Assembly (NCBI GenBank): GCA_963555995.3
Contig: OY821641.1
Location: 2,208,001 to 2,272,000, forward strand
Direction of reading: 5' to 3'
DNA from: Vicinamibacteria bacterium
GTDB lineage: Bacteria; Acidobacteriota; Vicinamibacteria; Marinacidobacterales; Marinacidobacteraceae
DNA length: 64,000 bases
In this document: positions 36,134 to 45,237 of the stretch, in pieces
Position numbering within the stretch: the stretch's first letter is position 1
Layout: each line of letters opens with the position of its first letter
Position numbers and translations under genes: made by a program
Notes under the pieces: generated by a model
Database searches by the model: none
What the model was told of the DNA's origin: nothing
Seen by the model: the letters and a program-made list of their open reading frames with translations, nothing else

Positions 36134-37522
36134 CTAGACAGCCTGGGACAGGGAGAACCCGCCCGTGCTGTTCCCGAAGCTCTCCAGGTCATCCATCCCC
36201 AGCTTGTGCAGCAGGGACAGCATCACGTTCGCCAGCGGGGTTCCCGGCTCGGCCCGCAGGTGCAGGTTGTGCTCCAGGGCGCCGTTCGCGCCGCCCGCCA
36301 CGAAGAACGGGACGCGCTTGTGGTTGTGGATGTTCGGATCGCCCATCGGGGACCCATACAGGATCATCGTCTTGTCGAGCAGCGTCCGGTCGTCCTCCTG
36401 GATGCTCTTGAGCTTCTCCATGAAGTACGGAATCAGGCTCACGTGGTACCGGTTGATCCGCCCGAAGATCTCGACCCGCTCCTCGTCGTTCCCGTGATGG
36501 GAGGCCGGATGGAAGGCGGTGGACTCACCGCTGTCCGGGTACACCCGGCTGGAGGCGTCCCGGCCCAGCTTGAAGCTGAACACCCGGGTCATGTCCGACT
36601 GGAAGGCCAGCGCCTGCAGGTCGAACATGATCTTCACGTGCTCGTCGAACGAGTCCGGCACCCCGGACGGCGCGTCGGGAAGCTCGCGGAGCTCCCCGCT
36701 GGTGTTCCGTTCCACGATCTTCTCGATCCGCCGCTCCATCTCCCGGATGTCCGTCAGGTAGCGGTCCATCCGCCGCACGTCCTGCGGATCGAGGGCGCCC
36801 TGGAGATCCCGGACCTCCTCGCCGATGAAGTCCAGAACGCTCCGGCGCGCCCGCTGCCGGGCCGCCCGGCCCTCCGGCGTGCCGCCGGCGCCGAACAACT
36901 GATCGAAGACGATGCGCGGGTCGCGCGTCATCGGCAGCGGCTCCGTCGGCGACGCCCAACTGATGGTGTCCGTATAGACGCAGGCGTAGCCGTAGGCGCA
37001 GCCCCCCGCCTGGTCCACCGTCTCGATGCAGAGCTGCATGGAGGGGATCGGCGTGTTCTGGCCGAAGCGCTGCGCGTAGAGCTGGTCGAACGAGGTTCCG
37101 GCGAAGACGTCGGACCCCTCCGTCTGTCTCGGATGGGACGCGGTCAGGAACGTCGAACTCGAGCGGAAGTGGTCCCCGCCGATCTCCCGCGCAGTCTCCG
37201 CTTCCGCGGGCTCGTTGTCGCAGTCGCTGACGATCGTGACGTAGTCCCGGACCGGCTCCAGGGGGCTGAGGGCGCCCTTCGAGAGGTCGAAGTCCGTACC
37301 CTCCTTCTCCGGAGACCACAGGAACTGCTCGCGGCCGTACTTGTTGCTCCCCGCCGCCCCGTGAACGATCTCCACCGCCACGAGCCGCGTCGGGTCGGCC
37401 TCGGTCGGCTTCGCGATGACGCTCGCCGGCGCCATGGCGTCGAGGAACGGCAACGCGATCGTCGCGCCGGCCCCGCGCAGGAACGTGCGCCGCGGCAGAC
37501 TCTTTCCGGTCAGGTAGTTCAT
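36134..37522 (-). CDS. DUF1552 (HXXSHH) domain protein, Tat substrate (copy B)
   Basis: 462 aa, same length and motifs as copy A. Confidence 0.92.
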   Translation of the reverse strand: MNYLTGKSLPRRTFLRGAGATIALPFLDAMAPASVIAKPTEADPTRLVAVEIVHGAAGSNKYGREQFLWSPEKEGTDFDLSKGALSPLEPVRDYVTIVSDCDNEPAEAETAREIGGDHFRSSSTFLTASHPRQTEGSDVFAGTSFDQLYAQRFGQNTPIPSMQLCIETVDQAGGCAYGYACVYTDTISWASPTEPLPMTRDPRIVFDQLFGAGGTPEGRAARQRARRSVLDFIGEEVRDLQGALDPQDVRRMDRYLTDIREMERRIEKIVERNTSGELRELPDAPSGVPDSFDEHVKIMFDLQALAFQSDMTRVFSFKLGRDASSRVYPDSGESTAFHPASHHGNDEERVEIFGRINRYHVSLIPYFMEKLKSIQEDDRTLLDKTMILYGSPMGDPNIHNHKRVPFFVAGGANGALEHNLHLRAEPGTPLANVMLSLLHKLGMDDLESFGNSTGGFSLSQAV

Positions 37523-37566
37523 CGTCTTCTCCTTCGGTTCCGATTGGCTGTCTTCTCTGTTGTTCT

Positions 37567-40086
37567 CTAGTGTTCGCCGGCGACGGTGGACTCGGCCGCT
37601 TCGGCCGCGCCGCCCTTCATCTGGAACGCCGGACTCGTCGCCACCCCGAGGATGAACGAGGACATCCGGTAGTCCGAGGCCTCCGCGTCCCGGACGATCT
37701 CCCGGACCCGCGGCTGGTCGTAGTACTCGACGCGCCGGCCCAGCGCGTACGCCATCAGGTTCTCCGTGAACGTCCGCAGCAGCGGGGTCGGGCGCTTCAG
37801 CAGCGCGTTGCGCAGGTCGCCGATGTCCCGGATCGGGGTGCCGTCGTAGAACTCGCCGGAGGCGTCAATCGCCTGTCCCGCGTCCTTGACGCGCAGCCGG
37901 CCCGTCACGTCGAACGCCTCGAGCGCCAGGCCGATCGGATCCATCATCCGGTGGCACGACCGGCACGCCGGGTTGTCCCGGTGGATCTCGAGGGCCTCCC
38001 GCGCCGTCAGCTTGCGGACGGTTTCGCCGGACTCCCCGGTATCGAGGTCCGGCACGTTCGGCGGCGGAGGCGGCGGCGGGCTCCCGAGCAGCACCTCCAT
38101 CACCCACTTGCCACGCAGCACCGCCGAGGTCCGGTACGGATGCGAGGTCAGCGTCAGCATGCTGCCGTGGGCGAAGATCCCGCGCCGGTTTGGATCCTGG
38201 TACTGCACCATCCGGTGCTCCGGGCCGACGACCCCCTGCATCCGGTAGTGCTTCGCGAGCGGCCCGTTCACGAACGTGTAGTCGGCGGTGAAGAGGTCGA
38301 AGATGCTCCGGTCTTCGGACACCAGGTGGTGGAAGAAGCGCTCCGTCTCCTCCACCATCGCCCACTTCAACTGCTGGTAGAAGTCCGGATAGAGGCGGAC
38401 GTTCGGATTGATCTTGTCGAGATCCTGCAGCCGGAACCACTGGTGCGCGAAGCGCTTCGCGAGCGCCTCGGAACGGGGGTCCGCGAGCATGCGGCGCACC
38501 TGCGCCTCGAATCCTGCGGGGTCCGTCAGCCGGCCGGCCTCCGCCGCATCCAGGAGCTCGCCGTCCGGGATCGTCCCCCAGAGGAAGAAGGACAGCCGGG
38601 AGGCCAGGTCCGTATCGGTCAGCCGGTAACCGAACTCGGCTTCCCGCGGGTCCAGCGGCTCTTCGATCCGGAACACGAAGTTGGGGCTCGCGAGCATCCC
38701 CTCGATCCCCATCCGGATCCCTTCCTCGAAACCGTCCGCCGCCGCGCCCGAGTCGTAAAGGGACATCAACGCGTTCCGGTTGCGCTCGGTGAGGTTCCGC
38801 CGGTACGCGAGCCGGCCGAGACGGGAGAGGATCTCCTCGGCGCAGGGACGCGCCTCCTCGGGCGCCAGCGGCCGGCAGGTGAAGATCGCCCGGCGGCTCG
38901 GGGTGTCCGACACCCCGGTGGCGTCGAAGGGCCCGGTGATGAAGAGGTCCCGCAGGTGCGGCACGTTGTGGATGCCGTAGGTCCGCGACGTCGCGGTGCT
39001 GGCGAGCGACCAGTCGTGCGGGGAGATCATGTCGAGGACCGGCCCCTCGTAGTGCTTCAGGAAGACGGCGGCCACCTTGCGCGGGCCGCCCCGCACGAAG
39101 ACGGGCTCGGACCGCAGGTTCACGCCGTCGGGGTCGGAGACGTGCATCCAGCGGTCGACATCCAGAAGCGCGACGCGTTGCCCGTCGATCGAGATTTCGA
39201 CCTGCTCGGGCTGGTCGAGGGTGTGGAGCGCGCTCGACCCCGACCCCACGATGGCGCCGGTGGTCTCGTGGTGAAAGGCCACCCGGAACCGGTACTCGCC
39301 GTCCGCCGGGAACACGTGGTCCACCACGACGCCGCCCCGGGTGCCGTAGGGGGCGCCCTCGACCTGGCCGAGCTGGGCGGCCCAGCGGGACACGTGGTAG
39401 CCGGACTCGGCGGCGGTGGCGTCGGGATCACCCACCGCGAGCCGGCTGATGTCGCTCGCCGCGCGCAGGTAGGAGTCCATGAGCGTCGCCGACAGCAACT
39501 GGACGTCGGCGATGTTGTCGAAGTTGGCGCTGATCGTGTCCTGCGGGAGGTACTTGGAGGCGTCCAGCGGGAGGTCCAGCAGGTCGCGGATCGCCGCGGT
39601 GTACTCCGCCCGGTTCAGGCGCTGGAAGGACCGGCGTCCGGGGTTCGGGTTCGCGGCCGCGCTCTCGTCGAGCTGGGTCTCGAGCGCCTCGGCGACCTCG
39701 GTCAGCGTCGCTTCCGGAGGACGCCGGGCGCCAGGCGGCGGCATCATCCCGAGCCGGAGCTTCGAGACCATCTTCTCGGCGAGGACCGGATTCGCCGGCG
39801 CGTCTCCCGCGTCGAACCCGACCAGCGACATGTTGCCGGTCTTCATCCGGTCGTTGTGGCAGACCATGCAGTAGGTCCGCAGCATCCCGTTGTGCGCGGC
39901 GGCGGTCTCCGCGGTCACCGATCCGGGGAGCGCGGCGGAGCCCGCCGGGGTCCAGTTCCGGACCGCCGCAACCAGCGGGGGAGTCGCAGACCCGGCCCCG
40001 GCGGTTTCGGCGGCGACGGCGGCTGCCGGAGACAGCAGCGCGGCCGCGCCGAGGGACCACGCGGCGACGGTGGGAAGGTGGCGCAT
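37567..40086 (-). CDS. DUF1592-type di-haem cytochrome-like protein (copy B)
   Basis: Signal peptide from ATG 40086; the same two CxxCH motifs and domain order as copy A. Confidence 0.9.
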   Translation of the reverse strand: MRHLPTVAAWSLGAAALLSPAAAVAAETAGAGSATPPLVAAVRNWTPAGSAALPGSVTAETAAAHNGMLRTYCMVCHNDRMKTGNMSLVGFDAGDAPANPVLAEKMVSKLRLGMMPPPGARRPPEATLTEVAEALETQLDESAAANPNPGRRSFQRLNRAEYTAAIRDLLDLPLDASKYLPQDTISANFDNIADVQLLSATLMDSYLRAASDISRLAVGDPDATAAESGYHVSRWAAQLGQVEGAPYGTRGGVVVDHVFPADGEYRFRVAFHHETTGAIVGSGSSALHTLDQPEQVEISIDGQRVALLDVDRWMHVSDPDGVNLRSEPVFVRGGPRKVAAVFLKHYEGPVLDMISPHDWSLASTATSRTYGIHNVPHLRDLFITGPFDATGVSDTPSRRAIFTCRPLAPEEARPCAEEILSRLGRLAYRRNLTERNRNALMSLYDSGAAADGFEEGIRMGIEGMLASPNFVFRIEEPLDPREAEFGYRLTDTDLASRLSFFLWGTIPDGELLDAAEAGRLTDPAGFEAQVRRMLADPRSEALAKRFAHQWFRLQDLDKINPNVRLYPDFYQQLKWAMVEETERFFHHLVSEDRSIFDLFTADYTFVNGPLAKHYRMQGVVGPEHRMVQYQDPNRRGIFAHGSMLTLTSHPYRTSAVLRGKWVMEVLLGSPPPPPPPNVPDLDTGESGETVRKLTAREALEIHRDNPACRSCHRMMDPIGLALEAFDVTGRLRVKDAGQAIDASGEFYDGTPIRDIGDLRNALLKRPTPLLRTFTENLMAYALGRRVEYYDQPRVREIVRDAEASDYRMSSFILGVATSPAFQMKGGAAEAAESTVAGEH

Positions 40087-40211
40087 GGGACGTTTCGCCG
40101 GGCGTCGCGGGACGGTCTTTCCGCCCCCCTGTACGCCTTGGCGTAATTGGAAAAGGATAGTCCCGAGCGCGCCTCCTTGCAACAAGGTGGAGTCGCTGTC
40201 GGGATGGGGAT

Positions 40212-40236
40212 TATGGTAGTATGGTCGGAGTATGGT
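40212..40236 (+). promoter_or_regulatory. TATGGT x3 direct repeats (promoter/operator of vapBC)
   Basis: TATGGT at 40212, 40220 and 40231; the last overlaps the antitoxin ATG. Confidence 0.55.
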
Positions 40237-40507
40237 AAAGGTCACCTATTCGCTGGACGAAGCCACCGTGCGCCGGATTCGGGCGGGCGCGCGCCGGTTG
40301 GAAATCGCCCAGAGCGAGTTCGTGCGGGAGGCCGTCGCCGACTATGCGGCCCGGAAGGACCGGCTGAGCGAGGCGGAGCGGCTGCGGATGCTGGAAGTGC
40401 TGGAGCGGATCCGGAACTCTCCGCCGAGCCGTCCCCAGGAGGAGGTGGAGGCGGAGCTTCGGGAAATCCGCGAGGCGCGGAAGTGGGCTTGGCGTTCGAA
40501 GCAGTGA
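40232..40507 (+). CDS. Ribbon-helix-helix (CopG-like) antitoxin
   Basis: MVKVTYSLDE...QSEFVREAVADY; GTGA overlap with the PIN gene. Confidence 0.85.
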   Translation: MVKVTYSLDEATVRRIRAGARRLEIAQSEFVREAVADYAARKDRLSEAERLRMLEVLERIRNSPPSRPQEEVEAELREIREARKWAWRSKQ

Positions 40508-40878
40508 TCATCCATCTCGACACCTCGGCGCTCGTTGGCGCGCTCGCCGGTCGCCGGCTGTCGCTCCCACGCCTGCACGAGTTCTTCAGGGAAGGGCATC
40601 GCCTGAAGCTGTCCGCACCGGTACTCTACGAATGGCTGCGTGGCCCGCGGACCATCGGCGAGCTGCAGGATCAGGAGGCACTCATGCCCCGGCGCGCGGC
40701 AGTCCCGTTCGATGCCGAAGCCGCCACGATCGCCGCCGATCTTTACACGGAGCTGGACAGGGTACGCAGCCGCGAGATGGATCTCGCGATCGCCGCCTGT
40801 GCGATCGCCCGCGACGCCGCCCTCTGGACCCTCGACACGGAGGACTTCCGGGACATACCCGGACTCAAGCTGGTGTAG
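40504..40878 (+). CDS. vapC: PIN-domain (VapC) toxin
   Basis: IHLDTSAL, VLYEW, MDLAIAACA, LWTLDTEDF acidic tetrad. Confidence 0.9.
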   Translation: MIIHLDTSALVGALAGRRLSLPRLHEFFREGHRLKLSAPVLYEWLRGPRTIGELQDQEALMPRRAAVPFDAEAATIAADLYTELDRVRSREMDLAIAACAIARDAALWTLDTEDFRDIPGLKLV

Positions 40879-40916
40879 GAGTCCGCGCACCGTGAGGGCG
40901 CCACCGGCTTGGGAGC

Positions 40917-41196
40917 GCCCACCGGAAGAAACGCTCCTGATCGGGTTCTCCTGCTCACCCCTCTGGTCATGAAAATGGCGCAACGGCTGGGAACGCCGGC
41001 TTCAGCCGGCACCCGCTGCGCGGAGCGCAGCGGAACGACGCACGGCTCCTGCCCGCATGGTGCTCGGACAGGCGAGGCGCCACGAAAGAACTGGTGGCCA
41101 GCGTTCCCGGCCTTCGTGCCATCCCGGCAACTGAGATCCTTCCCGCCGCCCGCCTGCGGCGGGCTGTGCCGGCTGAAGCCGGCGTTCCAAGCCGGC
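40917..41196 (+). mobile_element. REPIN/MITE-like non-autonomous element
   Basis: Inverted pair of GGAACGCCGGCTTCAGCCGGCAC units bounding 199 bp (40990-41188) plus a CATGAAAA-containing flank; homologous to the reverse complement of 51181-51462. Confidence 0.75.
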
Positions 41197-41254
41197 GGGC
41201 CTCGCCCGCCTCGGCGTTCACCCCGCTTTTTCCGCGAGCTGCCAGGGCCGGCGG

Positions 41255-42049
41255 TCAGAGTTCGAGGTCGGCGAGCACCGGGGCGTGGTCGGAGGGGATG
41301 TCCTCACCCTTCCGCTGCCGCCGCTCGTCCCGGTCCACCCGTACCCCTCCGAGCCGCCCGGCGAGCGGAGCGGTCAGGTAGATGTGGTCAATCCGCGCGC
41401 CGACGTTCTTCGCGAACGCCAGCCGGGTGTAGTCCCACCAGGTGTAGAGACCCTTCTCCGGTTCCTCGCCCTCGGCGTAGATCCGGCGGTACGCGTCCAC
41501 CAGTCCCCACCCGACGACGCGCTCCAGCGCCGCGCGGGCGTCCGGGTGGCAGAGCACCCCGCCGGGGTCCGCCGTCGCGGAGTCCCGGTCGCTCGGCGCG
41601 ACGTTGAAGTCCCCGCAGAGGACGAGCGCCTCGCCCGACTCCGCGTTCGCGTCCAGATGGTCGCGGAGCGCCCCGAGCCACTCCAGCTTGTAGCTCCAGT
41701 CCTCGACCCGGGTCACCGCCTTCCCGTTCGGCACGTAGGCGGTGATGACCCGGAGACCCGCCGCCCGGACGTCGAGCAGCCGCGCCTCGCCCCGCGACCG
41801 GCAGGGACCGAGCCCGCGCGCCAGCACCTCGGGGGTCTCGCGGGCGAGCACCGCCACCCCGTTCCGGGCCGCCTGGGCGTGGACCACCGCGCGGTACCCG
41901 GCGGCCTCGATGTCCAGCCACGGGAAGGTCTCCGCCGGAGCGCGGAGTTCCTGGAGACAGAGAACGTCGGGCTCGTGCCGCTCGAGCAGCCGCAGCAGGC
42001 GGGCCCGGCGCGTGCGGATCGAATTCAGGTTCCAGGTGATGACGCGCAA
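41255..42049 (-). CDS. xth: Exodeoxyribonuclease III
   Basis: TWNLNS, LCLQE, NGVA, YVPNG, CGDFN, YTWWDY, RIDH, SDHAP. Confidence 0.93.
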   Translation of the reverse strand: MRVITWNLNSIRTRRARLLRLLERHEPDVLCLQELRAPAETFPWLDIEAAGYRAVVHAQAARNGVAVLARETPEVLARGLGPCRSRGEARLLDVRAAGLRVITAYVPNGKAVTRVEDWSYKLEWLGALRDHLDANAESGEALVLCGDFNVAPSDRDSATADPGGVLCHPDARAALERVVGWGLVDAYRRIYAEGEEPEKGLYTWWDYTRLAFAKNVGARIDHIYLTAPLAGRLGGVRVDRDERRQRKGEDIPSDHAPVLADLEL

Positions 42050-42112
42050 GGAGACGGCCGGGCCGGATCATAGACGGCCCCACCCCCTACACTTCGCGGC
42101 CACGGACACGGA

Positions 42113-42358
42113 ATGAGTTTCTTCCCGATGCCCCGCGCGGAGCGGGTGGCGCTCTTCGTGCTGATCGCCTTCTCGGTGCTGGCCTTCCTGCCGGTGTTCG
42201 GGGAGATCTCCGTGCTCGGGGTCGCGGTGTTCGGCTGGCTGATGGCGGCGCTGCTGCTCGGGTCGCCGGCCATCCTGCTGGCGCTGCTCCTCGCCGACCG
42301 GCGCGCTCGGGATGGCGGCGGCGAACGCCGGGAGGCCGGCGAGCGGACGGACCCATGA
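42113..42358 (+). CDS. Small 2-TM protein associated with an SSS symporter
   Basis: 81 aa, two hydrophobic helices, ATGA overlap with the symporter. Confidence 0.7.
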   Translation: MSFFPMPRAERVALFVLIAFSVLAFLPVFGEISVLGVAVFGWLMAALLLGSPAILLALLLADRRARDGGGERREAGERTDP

Positions 42359-43785
42359 TCGAACGCTGGCTCGTCCTCGCCTACCTGCTGGTCTGCGTGG
42401 TGGTCGGCGCGCTCGCGACCCGGCGGGTGCTCGGCTCGGCGGACGAGTACTGGGTGGCGGGACGCCGGGTCGGAACCTGGGTGAACGCCCTGGCAATCAT
42501 GGCGGCGCTGGCGAGCGGCGGCTCGCTCATCGGCGTGCTGGGGCTCGCCTACCGGGACGGCATCCCGGCCACCCTGGCGCTCTTCGCGGGCGCGGTCGTC
42601 GGGTTCCCGCTCGCCACCATCCTGGTGGCCGCCCCGCTGCGACGGCTGGCGAAGTTCACGATCACCGACTTCATGGCGTTCCGCTACCCGCACGGCCTGG
42701 TGCGGGCGCTGGTCCCCCTCATCATCGTGGTGTCGCTGACGGTGTACATGGTGGCCCAGATGAAGGCGGCGGGAATCACCGCCGAGGCGCTCCTCGGGGT
42801 GGACTACGAGACCGCGATCACGGTCGCCACCGTGGTCTTCGTCCTCTACGTGTCCTTTGGCGGCATGGTCGCGGTCACCGTCACCGACGTGATGCAGGGG
42901 GGGCTGCTGTTCCTGCTCATGGGGGCCACCGCCGTGGTCCTCGCGCTCTCCGCCGGCTCGCCGCTCGCCTCGCTCGAAGCGGCGACCGCGGCCTCCCCCG
43001 CCTTCGGGCAGCTCCCCGCCGGCGGTTCCGGCTACCTCGACTACTTCGTGATCTGGGCCTCGGCGATCCCGGTGATCCCCCACATCGTGATGCGGGTCGC
43101 CACCGCCCGCGACCCGCGGAGCGCCCGGCTCTCGCTGAACCTGGCAACCGTGATGTACGGCGTGATGATCCTCTCGGCGATCCTGCTGATCGCCCCGGTG
43201 GGGATCCTCGAGTTCCCGGGGCTGACCGACCCCGACCAGGTGTTCCTGCGCATCGTCGGCGACCATTTCCCGCCCGTCCTGCGCGGGCTGGCGGTGGCGG
43301 CGGTGCTGGCGGCGGTGATGTCCACCACGGACGCCTTCCTGCTGGCGGTGAGCTCGGCGGTCGCCCACGACCTGCTCGGCGGCTTCCTCGCGAAGAAGAG
43401 CAAGCGCGTCCAGGCCGCCGCCCGCCTCGGGGCCACCTGGCTGGTCGGCGCCGCCGCCCTCTACTGGGCCTTCTCCCCGCCGGAACTGCTCACCCGCTTC
43501 TACACCGCCGGGGTCGGGCTGCTCTCGGCGGGGCTCTTCGTGCCGGTGGTCTTCGGCATCTGGTGGCGGCGGGCGAACCTCGCCGGCGGGGTCGCGGCGC
43601 TGGTCTCCGGGGTCGCCGTCTATTCCGTCGTGCTGCTCTGGGGTCCCCAGCTCGGCATCGGGATCGGGCCGATCCTGGTGGCCCTCCCGGTGAGCCTGCT
43701 GGCGATGCTGGCGGGCGGGTTCTGGGGCGGCTCCGACCCCACCGACCGCGCGCTGGCCGTCGCCCGCCTCCACGGAGAGCGATAG
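42355..43785 (+). CDS. Sodium:solute symporter (ActP/PutP-like)
   Basis: YWVAGRR, YMVAQMKAAG, GGMVAVTVTDVMQG, PHIVMR, AAVMSTTD. Confidence 0.9.
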   Translation: MIERWLVLAYLLVCVVVGALATRRVLGSADEYWVAGRRVGTWVNALAIMAALASGGSLIGVLGLAYRDGIPATLALFAGAVVGFPLATILVAAPLRRLAKFTITDFMAFRYPHGLVRALVPLIIVVSLTVYMVAQMKAAGITAEALLGVDYETAITVATVVFVLYVSFGGMVAVTVTDVMQGGLLFLLMGATAVVLALSAGSPLASLEAATAASPAFGQLPAGGSGYLDYFVIWASAIPVIPHIVMRVATARDPRSARLSLNLATVMYGVMILSAILLIAPVGILEFPGLTDPDQVFLRIVGDHFPPVLRGLAVAAVLAAVMSTTDAFLLAVSSAVAHDLLGGFLAKKSKRVQAAARLGATWLVGAAALYWAFSPPELLTRFYTAGVGLLSAGLFVPVVFGIWWRRANLAGGVAALVSGVAVYSVVLLWGPQLGIGIGPILVALPVSLLAMLAGGFWGGSDPTDRALAVARLHGER

Positions 43786-43797
43786 AAGGGTCCGACG

Positions 43798-45237
43798 TTG
43801 CCGGCCGCCGTGTCCGGGGCGGTGCTGCTGCTCTACACCGCCGTCCTGTTCGGGATCGCGTGGGTTTCCAGCCGCCGCATCCGCGACGTCTCCGACTACC
43901 TGGTCGCCGGACGGCGGCTCGGGACCCCGCTGGCTTCCCTGAGCCTGCTCGCCACCTGGTTCGGGGCGGGAACGCTCCTCGCCTCCGCCGAGGAGGTCCG
44001 CGACACCGGCCTCGCGGCGGCGGCGCTCGAACCCATCGGCCCCGGCATCTGCCTGCTGCTGGTGGGCCTCTTCTACGCGGCGCCGCTCCGGCGCGCGGGG
44101 CTGCTGACGCTCGGGGACTTCTTCGCGCGCCGGTTCGGCCGGAGCGCCGAGATCGCCTCCGCCGCCGTCATGGTGCCGAGCTTCTTCGGCTGGATCGCCG
44201 CCCAGTTCGCGGTGCTGGCCGCGCTGCTCGGCGACCTCTTCGGCATCCCCCTCGGGGCCGGCCTGCTGCTCGTGGCCGCGGTCGCGGTCGGCTACACCCT
44301 GATCGGCGGCATGTGGTCGGTGACCCTGACCGACGCCGTGCAGGCGATCCTCGTGGCGGCGGCGCTTCTCGCGCTCGGGATCTCGGCGCTCGCCGAGCTG
44401 GGCGGCGGCTCCCTCGCCGGCGGGCTGGCGCGGCTCGGGCGCGAGGTCCCGCCGGACCGGCTCGCCCTCGTCCCGAGCGAACTGACCGCGCTCCTCGCCT
44501 GGTCCGGCCTGCTGGTCGCCGGAGCGCTCGGCAACATCCCCGGGCAGGACGTCCTGCAGCGGGTGTTCGCGTCCCGTTCGGAGCGGGTGGCCCGCCGCGC
44601 CTGCCTCATCTCCGGCGGGCTCTACCTGCTGCTCGGCGCCGTTCCCGTCGGGCTCGGGCTCGCCGCCGGGCTCCTCCTGCCCGGCCACGAGGGGGACATG
44701 CTCGCCGCGCTGGGCCGCATCCTCTTCAGCCCGCTGGCGGCGCTCGCCCTCGTGCTGCTGGTGGTCTCGGCGCTCCTTTCGACCGTGGACAGCGCGCTAA
44801 TATCGGCCGCGTCCGTACTGGCGCAAAACCTCCTGCGTCATTCGCTGCCGCGGGCCGGGCTCCTGCGGCTCAGTCGTCTCTCGGTTGTCCTCGTCGGTGC
44901 GGCGAGTCTCGTCTATGCGTTCCGTGGTCTCCGTGCGTACTCCCTGCTCGAGGACGCCTACGAACTCACCCTCGTGGGGCTCTTCGTGCCGCTGACGGCG
45001 GGCCTCTTCTGGACGCGCGGCGGCCCCGCCGCGGCGCTCGGCGGGATCGCGGGCGGGGCCGCGCTCTGGGCGGTCCACGTGGTCCGGGGCTGGGAGTGGT
45101 TCCTCGAGCCCGCGCTGTCCCCCGCCGGGGTGCTGATCCCGAACGCGATCGGGCTGACCGCCGCCAGCGCCGCCGGCTACCTGCTGGGCGCCGTCTTCGG
45201 GAGCGGCCCTGCGCCGGAACGCGGAACCGCCCGATGA
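43798..45237 (+). CDS. Sodium:solute symporter (choline-transporter-like)
   Basis: DYLVAGRRL, ATWFGAG, GGMWSVTLTDAVQ, LGNIPGQDVLQRVFAS. Confidence 0.9.
   Translation: MPAAVSGAVLLLYTAVLFGIAWVSSRRIRDVSDYLVAGRRLGTPLASLSLLATWFGAGTLLASAEEVRDTGLAAAALEPIGPGICLLLVGLFYAAPLRRAGLLTLGDFFARRFGRSAEIASAAVMVPSFFGWIAAQFAVLAALLGDLFGIPLGAGLLLVAAVAVGYTLIGGMWSVTLTDAVQAILVAAALLALGISALAELGGGSLAGGLARLGREVPPDRLALVPSELTALLAWSGLLVAGALGNIPGQDVLQRVFASRSERVARRACLISGGLYLLLGAVPVGLGLAAGLLLPGHEGDMLAALGRILFSPLAALALVLLVVSALLSTVDSALISAASVLAQNLLRHSLPRAGLLRLSRLSVVLVGAASLVYAFRGLRAYSLLEDAYELTLVGLFVPLTAGLFWTRGGPAAALGGIAGGAALWAVHVVRGWEWFLEPALSPAGVLIPNAIGLTAASAAGYLLGAVFGSGPAPERGTAR

Noticed and set aside
31312-40146. Long plus-strand ORFs (936, 618, 454 and 858 aa)
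   Set aside because: Antisense shadows of motif-bearing minus-strand genes, expected at this GC content.
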